Positions 1 to 13,902 of a stretch of DNA of 64,000 bases are shown here, in pieces. The notes below the pieces were generated by a model, which saw only the letters and a list, made by a program, of their open reading frames with translations, was not told the origin of the DNA and made no database searches. Made by a program: the position numbers and the translations under genes. Position 1 is the stretch's first letter. Each line of letters starts with the position of its first letter. Source of the stretch: Basidiobolus meristosporus CBS 931.73 (Eukaryota > Fungi > Basidiobolomycota); the NCBI GenBank assembly GCA_002104905.1, contig MCFE01000322.1, forward strand, positions 31,379 to 95,378, read 5' to 3'.

Positions 1-1124
1 GTCTCAGTGTGGTCAAAACAGAGAACTTTCACGTACCGCTGATGATGCCACCTATCACTTCTGACGATGTTTGGTGATGGAATTCTTACGCCTTTTTTGT
101 ACCTGGCTTATTCAAACGAACCTCATATAAACTTGAATACTTTTCGACATCCCAACTTGAGCGGGCCAACTGCATTTACCATTAGTTGTGGCATCTCCCA
201 GCCCACAATCCCATCAAGAGTAGTACTAGGTAATGATTGATCTAAAAATACCTCCCTTCGTCTAGGAACGGAATATCACTCATCTGCTGCTTCTTCTATA
301 TTTACTTTTGTTGGCAAATCAAGGTAAAACTATCACATGGTTTCAGTCGCCGAGGATGATACTCTATCATCGCAATCAAGGTACTACACTACTGCAGGTT
401 ATGAGGCGACTGTGCTCAGTCTGTTGAGGTCCATGTTCGACCTATATGATAAACAGGAGTAACACCGGTCAACTATCCGTCCATTGTTGCCAAATTTGGC
501 AAAGAGTTCACGTACACTATTTACTCCATCCATAGGCAGTACATTGTCAAACGCTTCATTGAAGTAAATATAGCATTCTTCAAGGATCATAAATACTGAT
601 TTTCTGATGTCCTATGTTGGGAGTGGTACAGAAACAACAAGAAAATTTTACTTCCAACCGCTCAGCAAAGCCATTTACCCCTTATGGATGCTACTATATT
701 TACGAATTGGCTTAGTGAATCCAGTGGACCAATGTGCAGGGATTTATAGCTTGTAGGGCGCACCGTATCCAGTTTATTATAGCGCCATTTCACTCGATTT
801 CCTTTGCGGCTGATTCGGCTACGTCACCAATAGCCTTAATGCTGGGAGGCAAACCTCGTCATTTGACGGAGTCAAAATTTTCAGGGCGAAGTAGCCACGG
901 CAAAACATGGAGCGAGAGTCGGCGTATTCAATATACCATTATCCACTTCATATGCTTTTGATTGTACTAATGATATTCACGATGGAATCGCCTCATATAG
1001 TCATATCACAAATGCTTGTGTCATAGGCGCAAGTAAATGATTCGATAAGCGCACCTTGGCTCAGTATATAAGTGCTGCGCATCTACTTCAACAATTCAGA
1101 TAGGATTCAACAACACCTCCTAGC

Positions 1125-1754
1125 ATGCACCTCATCAACTCTGCTCTTCTGGTCCTTGGTAGTGCTCTATTGAGCAGCGCATGCGAGATGGACTGTAGAA
1201 ACGGCATCAATAAGGCCTTCGCTGATAATTACTCCCCGATCATCGCAAATCATATGGCCGTTTTAGCTGAGGATATCAAGTCCTCATTCGCAGCAGAGGT
1301 GGAGAATACCCCAGAACTCGGAAAAGAGATTGAGAGCAGCATCTCTGCACTGCAAACCACCATTTTGAGCCGACTCCCTAAAGCCGTCGATCGTCAAGTT
1401 TTCACCAAGTATCGCGGCCCTTGCCCTCAAGACATTGAGGGATGTCCCAATTATAATTGCTCATCACTCTGTGGCTCACCTGGATCAGTAATTTACTTTA
1501 TCGATGACGCTCTTCAACTAGCCAATGCCGGTGTTGTGGGTCAAGTCCAAAAGGACACCGAGCCCGGTAGAATCTTCCACAAGTCAATCCGTAGTGCTAT
1601 CACGGCTAGAGTCGGTAACAGCCAGGTCGACGTTGAATCCAAGTTGAAGCCTATCTTGCGGGACCTGCACGATAGAGCAACCACTATGTGCGACGAATCG
1701 TGCTACAACAAATGGACCTCCCAAATCATCGAGCTGCTTAAAACTTTCGATTAG
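1125..1754 (+). CDS. Secreted cysteine-rich hypothetical protein (209 aa)
   Basis: Intact ATG ORF with a hydrophobic N-terminal signal-like segment (MHLINSALLVLGSALLSSA) followed by CEMDC and CPQDIEGCPNYNCSSLCGSPGS cysteine motifs. Confidence 0.75.
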   Translation: MHLINSALLVLGSALLSSACEMDCRNGINKAFADNYSPIIANHMAVLAEDIKSSFAAEVENTPELGKEIESSISALQTTILSRLPKAVDRQVFTKYRGPCPQDIEGCPNYNCSSLCGSPGSVIYFIDDALQLANAGVVGQVQKDTEPGRIFHKSIRSAITARVGNSQVDVESKLKPILRDLHDRATTMCDESCYNKWTSQIIELLKTFD

Positions 1755-3093
1755 ACAGATATTCGATGAACCAGCCTTTTTGATCACAATGTGTAAAATT
1801 CTCCAATTGACTCATAGTAATAATAGCCTCTATGGATGCTTTCCCATTACGCCATCCATACGACACAATAAATATTTCCCATCATAATCGTAGGAGCTGG
1901 CTGATGATACATGTATATACGAGTTCATATCAGAGCTTAGTGGGGTTGAATATGGCTGGATTTGGCACGTGGCTGATTTGAGAGCACGAAAGCATCGAGT
2001 GGGGAGTGAGATTTGGTGAAATTGCATCACCCGGTGGCTTCGCCAACTACGGGGCCAGGCAAGAGCAGCTTGCTAAGAAACTGGCACTAATATGTTGCTC
2101 AGAGATGCATTGGATGGGGTATGGCGACAAATTAACCACGTGCGATGTATTCAGGTATCGTTCTCCAAGGTAACATGCTGCAAATGCTATGGTAGTAAGC
2201 ATCACATTAGTATTGACAAATCAATATCCATGAACTACTTGGCCCATTGCTGTAGTGCTACCCCCCAGTCGTGATCGGTGAGGAGGGCCTCCATGCAGCG
2301 TAGGACTTCCGTGGGTTCAATAGGATGAGACAAATTGGATTGTATTAACCAACAGCGTACCATTGGGCGGCGATCTGCATCTGCATTGTGTTTTCCTGGA
2401 GCTTTTGGATACCTGCTGTCCAGGCTATTCACATATTAATTTCGCGTTCAGAATACCATTGCTCCGTAGAGTGATGTTCACAGCTACCAAATAAAGGTAA
2501 GATCAGAAACATCCAGTCATCACCCCCGTAACGGAACCGATTGAGTAACGTTACTCTAACAAATGAATTATACCACGGACAATAGATCTCCGATTGACAG
2601 ACTGATACCATCTGTTAGGGTGCGGCCATCAATGTGATCTCCAAGATACCACTCAAACAAGAGATGCATGAATGCGATGACAAGAATTCCATTGCTAGAT
2701 TCATTTTGAAATACATTGAGTTAACTCGTAAGCCCTACCTATAACAATATACTCCACGCTGTATGATCCCCCATCGTTTGCAAATTGAGATCGTGCTACC
2801 ACACAAAAGAGTGATTGCAGCATGATGCTACTGCCGCCCACTCTGAGAAACCATCTGATACCACCCTCATATTGCTTCGTTTCAACTTGACAATTACATT
2901 TTGATGATGATCCAGGTGAGTGGGGATTGGGTGGCATCCGTCCGTCACATTATCTAGAACCAACAACCACACTATATATTCTCCTGACGTCTCTGAGAAC
3001 AACCCACCTTTACATTCTTATAAGCTCCACCCTAAACATATTCCTTCTCATCTGCTAAACGCCAATATCGACCAACGCACCACTGAGAATAAT

Positions 3094-4039
3094 ATGGATT
3101 ACCAGAGGCGACGTACACCCTTTTCAACATGGCTTGGCCTGAACGACTTCGACTTATCTATACCTGTGACTTCGAATTTTGTACCTTCATATGTTCTAAT
3201 ATTCACCAGGGCGATTTCTCTCATATATACGCTCACGGTGGCGATTACTAACTTCGTGATTAATATTGGTGATGTATGGGAAGGGTTCTTCGTTTATTTC
3301 ACTGATCTATCGTTTCTGGGACTTATAGCATACTTCATGGTGAGCATATTATTCGCCAGTACCCTCCGTGGATCGATGGTAATCTTGGATATTATAGGTT
3401 TCGAGCTACCATTCAGTACGGTACTATCGCGGCTCAATCCAGTTCTTGCATTCATCCTGGATAGCCCACTCCAAGTTCCTCCGCTTCATATACTGGCTGC
3501 TCTACGAAACCGTAGTAGTATTCCACGTAGTAGTACCGATCATATACTGGACACTTATTTTCACCCCATCAAACCGCAGTACCCTGCTGTTGTGGGTTAA
3601 TGGCTCGATACACGGGAGCGATTTTTTCTTCATGATGGTTGAGATGATCCTTGGCAGGTGGACGTTGAAATGGAGCCACCTACCATTTGTGCTATTCTTC
3701 CCGATCTTATACATGTGTCTGGCATTCCTCAATTATGCTATGTAAGTGAGCTTGTTTGAATCTCGTACGGTTATTCTCTGTCGACGACTAACCTGCAATC
3801 CTTGTCCGGAAAGAAACGGCTATTTCGTGTATGGGTTCCTTGATTGGTACGCCAGAAAGCCAGGATACGTTGCTCTGATCTATTTGGGAGTGGCGCTGTT
3901 TTTCATCATAGTGTTTTCGGCCATGCTCTATATTCACAAGCTAAGAGATCGCATTGGAATCAAAAGAAGACCAGAACTGGCAGAGCGTGAAGGGTTGAGC
4001 TCAAACCCGCTGCAAATGATCCAAGTGGACACCGTTTAA
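3094..4039 (+). CDS. FAR-17a/AIG1-like multi-pass membrane protein; 3 exons (3094-3339, 3398-3741, 3814-4039)
   Basis: GT-AG introns join three ORF-track frames into one protein with FVYFTDLSFLGL, LYETVVVFHVVVPIIYW, SIHG and VYGFLDW motifs typical of the family. Confidence 0.75.
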
Positions 4040-4513
4040 TACACCAGCACCTTAGAATAATATACAACATAGAATCTCGTGATTAGAATTACCAACATTA
4101 CATCAATTTTTAGCATAGATATATTTTGTATATCTTGGCATGTAATAATATCGTAGCAAGGCTGCACGCTTGCTCTCATTGATAGGTAGAAAAGAATAAC
4201 AAAAACCTCGCCCACTCCACGGCCCTTACTGCTAACTGAAGCACGATACATCTGGCAGTTCATGGAGCAAAAATAATAATCCAACATATTTGAGGTTGGC
4301 TAGTTGTACTTTATAGAGGTCAATTAGGAGTCTTGAATTTACATGTGGACCCTGAACGAATGTGCAGGAAAATGAGAGAAAACCTGAATTAAATTGGTGA
4401 TTGGGCTCGCTCCGATTTTCCCACACATTCACAAATTCTCTTGCGGTATTGACTAATGCAGATTCGGTGGTCAGATAAAAATGATGATGGAACATAGATA
4501 CACTGCTGCCGAC

Positions 4514-5208
4514 TTAAGCGGTGGCTTGTGATTCACGAACAACTTGGAGGAAGTAACGATGGAAACGGTCGTCAGAGGTAAGTTCGGGGTGGAAAGATGT
4601 ACCCATTAGATGGCCTTGTCTAACGGCAACAATGGTGCCATCCTCCAATTTCACAAGAGGCTCAACGGTCTCTTCATTAATGTAAGTAATAACTGGGGCA
4701 CGAATAAAAAAGCACGAGTAGGGCTTTTCTCCTATGCAAGGGGCGGTCAAGTTGGCCACGAACGAATCGATTTGAGTACCGAAGTTGTTACGATTGACGC
4801 TAACATCCAATGCGCCGAGTAACTTCTGACCACCCTTCTTGGTCTTGCTGGCTTCCTTGGCCAGGAGAATCAAACCTGCGCATGTTCCCCAGGTTGGCTT
4901 GGTCTGAACAAACTTACGGAGGGGCTCGAAAAGGCCGGAAGCCTCGGCGACCAACGCCATGGTGGTGGATTCGCCGCCAGGAATGATGAGGCCATCTAAA
5001 GTAGGGTCTTCAAGTTGTTGAACAGTGCGTACTTCGACAGTTTCGGCAACATCGGGAAGATGCTTCAACAGGTTGATATGTTCAGCGAATGCACCCTGTA
5101 AAGCTTTGAAACGAAATCCAAAGTTAATACGAAGCTGATGGAGCAACCATATGTACGAGTCGCTTTACCGAGAACACCAATACGGTATTGTTTAACTTCT
5201 TGAACCAT
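4514..5208 (-). CDS. SNO1: Pyridoxal 5'-phosphate synthase glutaminase subunit (SNO1/PDX2); 2 exons
   Basis: Exon 1 reads MVQEVKQYRIGVL from the ATG at 5208 and splices to ALQGAF at 5103. Motifs IIPGGEST, WGTCAG, RNNFGTQIDSF, FIRAP and SFHPELT are present. Confidence 0.95.
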
Positions 5209-6473
5209 GACTTCTAACAAACCTCTTGACAGTGTGTACAAAGAAGTGTGCTCTCACTCAGCCTTATATATGTCGAAAACAACCACTGAAAAAAGGAATT
5301 TGCTGACAAGCATAATTGGTTGGAAGGGGCATGCAGTTTATTTGGGGATGATTCAAATTTCCATCGTAGATGTTAGGCTACGCCTCATTTCGGCTGGCAA
5401 TCGGAAGTGTTGCAGAGTTAAGAAAAGTCGCTATTCAGAAATAAATAATTTCGGAAGCTTGTACACTGAAAATTAAACATAGCCTATCATTGCGTATTGG
5501 GACCCATGTACTATTGGCCTGTATTCCGAGGTAGATGATCATCATTGGTGTGTGAATCTTGGATCACTGTCTACCAATAGCCTGGATTACCGGAACATAG
5601 AAAGTCGAGTTAACCTAAAAGCGTGATCATCAGGATAAAGATAATCAGAGTACGGCTTTAATAGGCATCTATCTAATCAATTGAATCAATCAGAGCCCTC
5701 ATGACTCATACTCTTTCGATGGCATGGCATTGCGGATAATCAAGGAGATGAATCAACTTGTACCTAATCCTCAACGATGCTCAACCTGTGGATATAGATC
5801 ACCCTCAGGCCATCCAAGCAAGATTGCTACTACACCACGAATCTAGGGTTCTAGATCTTAAGAGGGTCCAATCTCGGAATTTCCTTACACCAACGCACAC
5901 CAAAATTCACCTGATATGATAACTAAGCTGCTGCAGAATTTTCTAAATCCCATCGACACCACCCACTGGCTCGCTCTTAGAACAGCAATAAGTACGTTAC
6001 GGTCGATGTGTATTGACCCTGCTATGGATATTCTCTGTTGTCGTTGCACCACGCGATGTTTGGAGCTGTCGTTTTCTAAGATACAACCAGTATATAGTAT
6101 TCTGAGCCTTGAACATGTGATGTCGCAAGTACTTGGTAGATGACCAATGGACGTGATTTCGACAAATTCCTGATTCCAAGTCAACATCGACTGCCGCTAA
6201 TCTGGTTTGGATGTGGCACATGTTTAGATGCTGCGCAAATATGAGATGCTGCTTATTCAATCAAGATCCTAAGCTGATTGTTTTTGATATTTCTATTCTG
6301 TAACGTATTTAATCTGAACATGATTTCGTATTGGCACCTTCGTTCATCTACCGCAATGCGATTCAAAAATACTCATTCTAGATTGCTTATATCCATGCCC
6401 GTTGTTTATTTTCACCATAGTTTGTGTATTTCGATACTTTGAACTTCAAAGTTTATTTTACGTGGTAGCCACA

Positions 6474-7996
6474 ATGCCATTAACGCCCGACATACCTGAT
6501 AATGAAGCTACTGGGTTGTCTGAATATGAAAGAAAAAGGCAAGAAAATATCCGACGAAACCAAGAGATGTTGCTATCCTTGAATTTCCCTCCGGCGCCGG
6601 ACCTCACACCGACCAAAACCCCGGCTCGCAAGCGAAAGGCAGAAAATTCCTCAACAAATGGTCCTGCGACGCCGGAGCCTACAAGAAAATCCCTGAGATT
6701 GCGTGGATTACCAGCAAGAGCTGCTTTAACCGAATCCGTCGACGAGGAAAAAAAAGTAGAGGTTAAAGTAGAGGAGGAGGTATCCGACCCAGTATTGGCC
6801 CGAGAATTTATTGATCTATTGGCTTCTTTGAAAGCAGAAAACCCTTCCCCTCGAAGCACTCGCACCAATACTCGCTCTCGAACCAAAACCACCGCTATGG
6901 AGGCGCAAGACGAGAAAGAGCTACTGTCCAAATTGCAGGGTTTGCGTATTCGTCACCAAGAGCCTACAGTAAAAGTTACTCCTGAGAGGATCTATTCATC
7001 TGCTTTTCACCCTTCCAAAGAGAAGATTCTACTCTGTGCTGGCGATAAGTTCGGGACTCTGGGCATCTGGGATGTCAACTCGGAAGACACCAACGATGGG
7101 GAGCCAATAGTGCATCACTATAAAGCACATCCTTCAACAATATCTACTGTCATGTATTCAACCTCGAACAATCACCGCTTGTATTCCGCTTCTTACGATG
7201 GAACTGTAAAATACTTAGACGTTAATCAAGAGCAATTCGTAGAAGCGTACAGTGCCAAGGCTGATGATAACGCATCAACCCTCATCAACAACTGTTTAGA
7301 TATTGACCCCAATAACGATCAATTAGTGTATATATCGAATGTTGAAGGCCAGTTGATTATCTGTGATGTTAGATCGAAGAGCGGATCATCTACGGGTGTC
7401 TACCAACTTCACAACAAAAAAATCGGTGGAATCCACATCAACCCCGTAAGGTCCGACATTCTTATCACGGCCTCAAACGACCGCTCCATGCGTGTTTGGG
7501 ATCTTCGACTAATGAAAAAGACCCCGAGCGATGAATACCAATCCGTGGCAAGCTTTGAACACACGAAAGCTGTCACCGCCGCGTACTGGTCTTCTGATGG
7601 TGCACGCATCGCAAATACTTGCTTCGACGATTCAATCCGTATTTTCCAGAACGAAGGCGACAAGTTTGAAAAGCCAATCCGTATCTCACACAACAATCGA
7701 ACTGGAAGGTAATACACTCTGGCTCGACCTTTTTCATAGGATACTAATGATTCTCCAGGTGGTTGACATTGTTTAGGCCAATGTGGTGCCCGGTCACATA
7801 TCAAACCCCTCCCTTTCTTATCGTTGGGAATATGAATCGTTGGGTTGATGTTTTTTCAGGGACTACTGGCCAGCTACTTCATACCTTATCCGACACTGAC
7901 AGAATCACCGCGGTTCCCGCTGTAAACACATTTCATCCAAACATGCCTATCATTGGCTCGGCAAACGCGAGTGGTAGGATGATGGTCTGGAGTTGA
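6474..7996 (+). CDS. CMR1: WD40 DNA damage-binding protein CMR1/WDR76; intron about 7709-7758
   Basis: LSEYERKRQENIRRNQEML at the N-terminus, then KVTPERIYSSAFHP, AGDKFGTLGIWD, HNNRTGRWLT, IVGNMNRWVDVF and ITAVPAVNTFHP. Confidence 0.9.
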
Positions 7997-9561
7997 AGTT
8001 TGACCGCAAGCGCCAACGAGCCTTGTGAGGTTTGTTCTTAACTATGGATAGAATCTTGGAGATATTTATACAGTTCGCTCTTTCATCTTCAATAGACTAA
8101 ATACGTAAAGGCTCACTATTTATACAGTAAAATTCTTCGATACAATATGATAAAACTCGCACCTCTATGTTGTCCAATAACATGGAACTATGGATAAATC
8201 GAAGCACTGAACATGATACAGTCGTACATAATCAGGTTATTCTATACTTGGTGGGAAAGTTTAATATTGACATCTTGGCTCCATGCCCGAGCATGAGCAA
8301 AAGCAATATAATAAATCATCAGCCGCGAAGAATTCAATCAAGTCGGGCAGTAGAGAGTATGAGCCATCGCAAATGCAAGATTTTCCGAGGAATAATGCAG
8401 TATGGACTTGGCTATTTTCAACCAGCAAAGAAAGATATTATGCAGCCTATCTGTAAAACTGTTTTCCAAGGCGAGAATCCCAGTTTACAAACGCTATTGC
8501 TCAACGTCCCTTCCTTAAACTAAACTTTAATTTCAAATGGCAAGATTATTCAAAGAATTTGAAACCTTTTTGGTTGCACGATAACTGGTTTAATACCTAT
8601 GCCAGTGCTAGCGACTTTCCATGGCAATTAAATATACCATCTAGAATGACAGAACCGCTTATAATCTACTTAAAACCGGAGATTCAAGAGCTATTTCGTT
8701 CTTTTCGCTCTAGAGCAAGCTCTAGGCAACACAGCTGACATTAGGTTCAAATGCCAGTCAACCCATCGTTCTCGCATGAGGGCTTATTGGCGTTGGTTGA
8801 CCCATTACAAGTGACGAAAACCAGCAACAGACCACAAAGATATAACCCCTCTAACCTAACGTTTCCCTAGTTCCAATGCGTAGGGACCCTGGCACCAACA
8901 AGGATGGCATCTGATAACGATAAATGCTAGCTAAGAAAGTAGGTGGTAGATGTATAAGCCATTGCAGATCAATGCCCAGATCATTCCTTGATATGCACTT
9001 CCTGGGTGTACCTTTGCATATCCCTCGAGGGCTGATGAGCTCTGCTTGTTTACAGCAAGTACGAGCACAATCCTCGACGATTTGAACTAAAAATAAATAC
9101 ATTTCAAACAGTGGACAATATACTGTCATTGGCTGTATCATGCACCTGTCCATCGTATATATCTATCTACCAATGGCTCCTGCATGGCAAGCTGTGTTGC
9201 GGAAAAAGGTAGGTTAAATAAGAAACGTAATAAAAAATGAATATTAGTATCACCTTACATGGAATCCCTACTCCTTATTCTATTCCCTCCCCTTAAAAAC
9301 AAGTCTTGTGTATCGGTTTTTAGACCAATAACTCATACTGGATTGTGAAGCTGTAATTATTCAATTGACCTATGATTAATGGTTTTACAACCCCTACCCC
9401 GCCCCTTTGCCCCTCTTTTGCTATTATACTGACGCTAACAGCCCCGAGGTTGTTTATTTTATACCTACTTCGCACTTGCCGGCCTATCCTCCTTACCTTA
9501 CGATAATCCCTATCACTTCTTAGTTGTAGAGAACCAAGCCTACTTTAGATATATCGTCGCA

Positions 9562-11345
9562 ATGCCTCTAGTAAGTGCTTTGTGACAACCGAAGCCTGAA
9601 ATACAAGTACTCATCGTATACTTTCTATTGCGTTTCAGGAATACGCCTTACAAAATCGGTTGGTCTTGAGCTTTTTCTGAATTTTCCTTCATCTCAGTAT
9701 TGCTAAGGTTTTTAGTGGTAAATTTGGGGATGCTGGACCTTGGAAACTTCCCACCGCACTTCAGGCCCAGCTTCGAGATGTTCTGGGCATCGAAGCACTC
9801 CCAAGACAAATATGCGACCGCGCCAAAAGAAAGCCGTTCGTTTTTAATATCATGGTGGTTGGTAAGTTCTCTTTAAGTTAGGTGTTTAAAAGTAGTATAG
9901 CAGTTCCTAGGAAGCACCCTTAGCTTGCGAATTATCCTCTTGACTGAATTCAACTTAATATCTATACTATAGGCGAAACCGGTCTTGGTAAAACTACATT
10001 CATGAACACTTTATTCAACACGGATTTGACCGAGGAGATCACCCATGAGTATCCACAGAATAACAAAACTGTTGCCATCACTCCCACCACATATGGTATG
10101 GTTCCAACCAGCGTGTTGTATTGACTCTTGGGCTTAATGTATTTGTCAATAGATCTGGTTGAGGAGGGGGTCTCTCTTCATCTCACAGTTATTGACACTC
10201 CTGGGTTCGGAGACCAGTTGAATCGAGAGGCCAAGTAAGTTTAGCAACACAAAAGCACCTTCAGGAGATAGATTGCTTAAAAGCTACCCTAGCGTATTCC
10301 CCATTGTCGAGTATATCGAGAACCAATTTGAAGCCTACCACAATGCAGAGAAGAATACCAATTTCCGTCATGCCATTCCTGATACCAGAGTTCATGCAGT
10401 ATTGTATTTCATTGCGCCCACCGGAAAATCGTAAGTGTTGTAGGGGCCATATCTAGATTGTGAGGCTCATTCCTCACATTTTTCCTGCTTAGTCTGAAGG
10501 AGCTTGATGTTACTGTACTGAAGGCCTTGAGCGATAAAGCCAACATCATCCCCGTCATTGCTAAGGCGGACACACTTACTTTCGAAGAGCGCGATGAACT
10601 CAAGCAAATCATTCTCCGTGATATAGAGGCTCATCAGATTAAAATATATCCCAAAGAATACACTGATGAGCCAGATATAACTTCTGATTTGGAGGTAATC
10701 TTGTTCTAGCTCCCGTTGCTCTGACAGATGGGACGACTGCTGACACATGGACTTCCTTGTACAGAAATATATTCCTTTCGCTGTAATTGGCAGTGATACA
10801 TTCATCGATGTGGAGGGCGAAAAGATGCGCGGTCGTACATACCGTTGGGGCTCTGTACAAGGTAGTTTCCAGTACAATCTTACGGCACTACATCACACCG
10901 TCTAACACTACAAAATATGGTGTCTATAGTTGAAAACGAAGAACATTGTGATTTTATTCATTTACGAGCACTCCTAATGGATTCTTGCTTGCAAGATTTG
11001 ATCGAGACCACCCACTCGAAGCATTATGCTTTATACCGTCGCGGACAACTTCGCACAAAGGGACGACCAGAGTCCATCCTTGAGTGCGACGAAGCGTACG
11101 AAAGCAGAATCGAGAATACCAAGAAAAACCTGGCCGAAGAAATGATGCGGAAGGAGGAGGAAATGCGACAAAACTTCGTGGCCCAAGTGCGCGAAACCGA
11201 GGCCCTATTGAGGGAGCGTGAGGAGCAACTAATCCGAAAGAAGCAAGAGTTCTTGCAAGAAATCGAGGAGAAGAGACGTCAATTACAGCAGGAGGAGCAG
11301 GAGATCAACGCGTTATTGAGTGAGCGCAGCCTCAACTACTCGTAA
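9562..11345 (+). CDS. Septin GTPase, multi-exon with 5' micro-exons
   Basis: [22 protein letters not shown] (G1), [10 protein letters not shown] (G3), [14 protein letters not shown] (G4), VENEEHCDF and a C-terminal coiled coil. Micro-exons 9562-9570 and 9639-9658 splice in frame. Confidence 0.92.
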
Positions 11346-13902
11346 GTAGAATCTATCTGCGTATGTCTTGATGCATCACACTAACCGCCGACCATTGGTT
11401 TGCAGCTCCACCAAAAAGATCTTCGGGAAGAAAAATTAGTATGGACCAGTGGTCATCCAAACTTCCTCTCCCAACTTCATTCCACTCGTTGCAGCATAAT
11501 TCCTCGATAAATTCCTCTGGCAATTTGATCAGCGCTTCTAATTGATGCTCATCACACATGCGTATTTCTTATTTTAGTTACATTCACCATTTAATATATT
11601 TAAACAATATAAAGGACTTGTGTGATTATATATTCACAAGATTGCATGTTGGATTGAATTTAATGCATGTCTGATGGTAGCAGTGGAGGACTGTTGTTCC
11701 GCGGTATAGAGGTAATTGCCCTCAAAGCGAACCTAGACGTCGCGAATTCATGGCATTCCCGTTTTCAGGGAGCACCTGTACACAGAGCTTGTGGACTTGT
11801 TTTCGGAGATCTCGGGCTAGATCAAATTGGGACACCGTTTTGGCAGGGCCAAAGCAATACTCGGCCACTTGCACGATTTCGTTGCTGTTGAGGTTTCTAA
11901 TCCAATGTTGCCGCGAAGTGCTGGACTTCCTGGCTCTGATGCTTATGACCTCGAAGAAAAATTGCGCGTCCTGCAGGATCATGCTTGTCAGGATGGGCAA
12001 TGGTGAGTTGAGCGGTGTATGGACCATGGTGAGACTGGGCTGTGATGGAGGTCAAGGGCACGGATTTATACTCTAAAGCCCTCTCGAAGGTGGCCTGTAT
12101 TGGTGTTGGTACAAATACTCGTAGATTTTAGCACCAGACTGAGAGCTTGCTTCTCATTGGCACGCCTACCCTACGTTACTAAGAATATAACTACGCCTCG
12201 AATCAGCTTGCTGTCACCGTGATTGTATGCTTCTCGTGGTGTATAATAAACAGCTGTTTCACTTTCATAAAAAGTATGCTACAAATAACTCTTCCGGTCA
12301 TGTCATTAGAGTTATTTATACCAACAGTGTATTCAAGTAAGACCCAAATGTTGGTACGGCAACACTCGGATTTATTAATAAGTTACTGGTGTCATTGATG
12401 TTGCTGTTCCTCTAGCATTTACAACCACGAACGGTATTGGCAGTAACCAGCCTCCATCACCAATGGGTTTGGTGGATTTTCTTGTCATGTACGGACATCT
12501 CAGTGGAAGATTGCTTTTATCAAATCCAAATCTTGGTCAACCAACTGGGATTCTTTCTTGACGTGATATTGGCCATTCTCCATTATTCAGGCTGAGTAAT
12601 CGCGATTTTAGCCGTTCTGATTAATTTGTGGTTCGGCCTTCCTGGTCACACTTGACTACTGATGTATCAAGAGAAACAATCCTTTCGCAGAAAACAACAA
12701 ACCGAGCAAACTCACCTAGGACGGGAATTTTTAGAGCTCTTCGGGAAATCCAATTGAGTGGGGTGGTTGGATATCCAGTCGAGTCTCAATTGGATTGGCA
12801 GTAAAATTGCAAGCAGCCCCAACACTGTAGGTTGATGCATGCTGTGTTGTGTTCGAGACTGAACAAGAGCAGTTCAATACCCTGATTGAACATCCTCAGT
12901 AAGTGGTAAGCAGCTCAGACCAAACATTTGCCAGTCATATGTGCGTTGCGTACTCAAACCCAGCTCCATGAGTATCACGCATAACATCATGCTAAAATCG
13001 TCACAAGCAAGAGAGTGTAAATCAACGCCCCCCATACATTGCATGCGTCTAATTAAAGGGTTGCAAACGGTTCAACGAACCCTAGATGGTAGTGTATGTT
13101 CTAGTTACGTCATTCAGTGAAGTATTCTTTTTCTGGCCCATGGGGTAGAATTATAGACACTTTGGATCTTGCAAAGATACTACAAGCGGCCTAATATAAG
13201 GAACTGAATGAGTTTGAATCAACTCCCCATTGAGCACCTAGTTTTCGAAATTTAGGTGATCTTGAGTCACTCACAGGAGGAGTTGCATACTTACTAAAGC
13301 AAAGCCATCGTGGCCGATATGACATCCCCTGAGGTTTGCACGTTTCATCCAGCTATAGCTTAATATCATCAGAGGTTTTACTCACCTTCATGATTACTCA
13401 ACAACTGCCTTGAGGCGTCATAGGTAGTATGTTGTCAACATATTTCACCACATCCTATATCTAACCAAAAACTGGGCGGGGAAGCATTGGTGACCTCTAA
13501 TGCCCCAGTTGATTTGGATGCTCTATTAACAATCGGACGATCCAATTAATTACTACAAGGGAGTAATGTGAAGGTTGAATTGGTAATAGAAGTTTACGCG
13601 AGCATAGAGCCTAAAATATCCGATCTTTGGGGTTGATTCAGTACTTTCCATGCATCGATGCACATGCACATATGCACACCACTCGGATTTAGAGACTTCC
13701 AACATCCCTGCTTTGCAATTAAGTTGCCAACCAACTCAATGTCGTGTTCTTCCTTTCCCTCATTCCCTGACATTCGATTCAGTGCTAACCTTGTCTTCTA
13801 CCAATAGACTAGCCAACAACCTCTTCCTTAAAAGCTACGACCTGCATTCTGATAGAGTTCCTTCATAGACTTGGTGTAGAACTGTCTTTATGGCCGTCTA
13901 AA

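Noticed and set aside
399-590. 63-aa minus-strand ORF at the left edge
   Set aside because: I found no recognisable motif and could not build a convincing spliced continuation.
5209-6400. Expected divergent SNZ1/PDX1 partner next to SNO1
   Set aside because: No PDX1-like sequence is visible in this interval.
6458-6931. 157-aa antisense ORF
   Set aside because: It is a shadow of the low-complexity N-terminus of CMR1.
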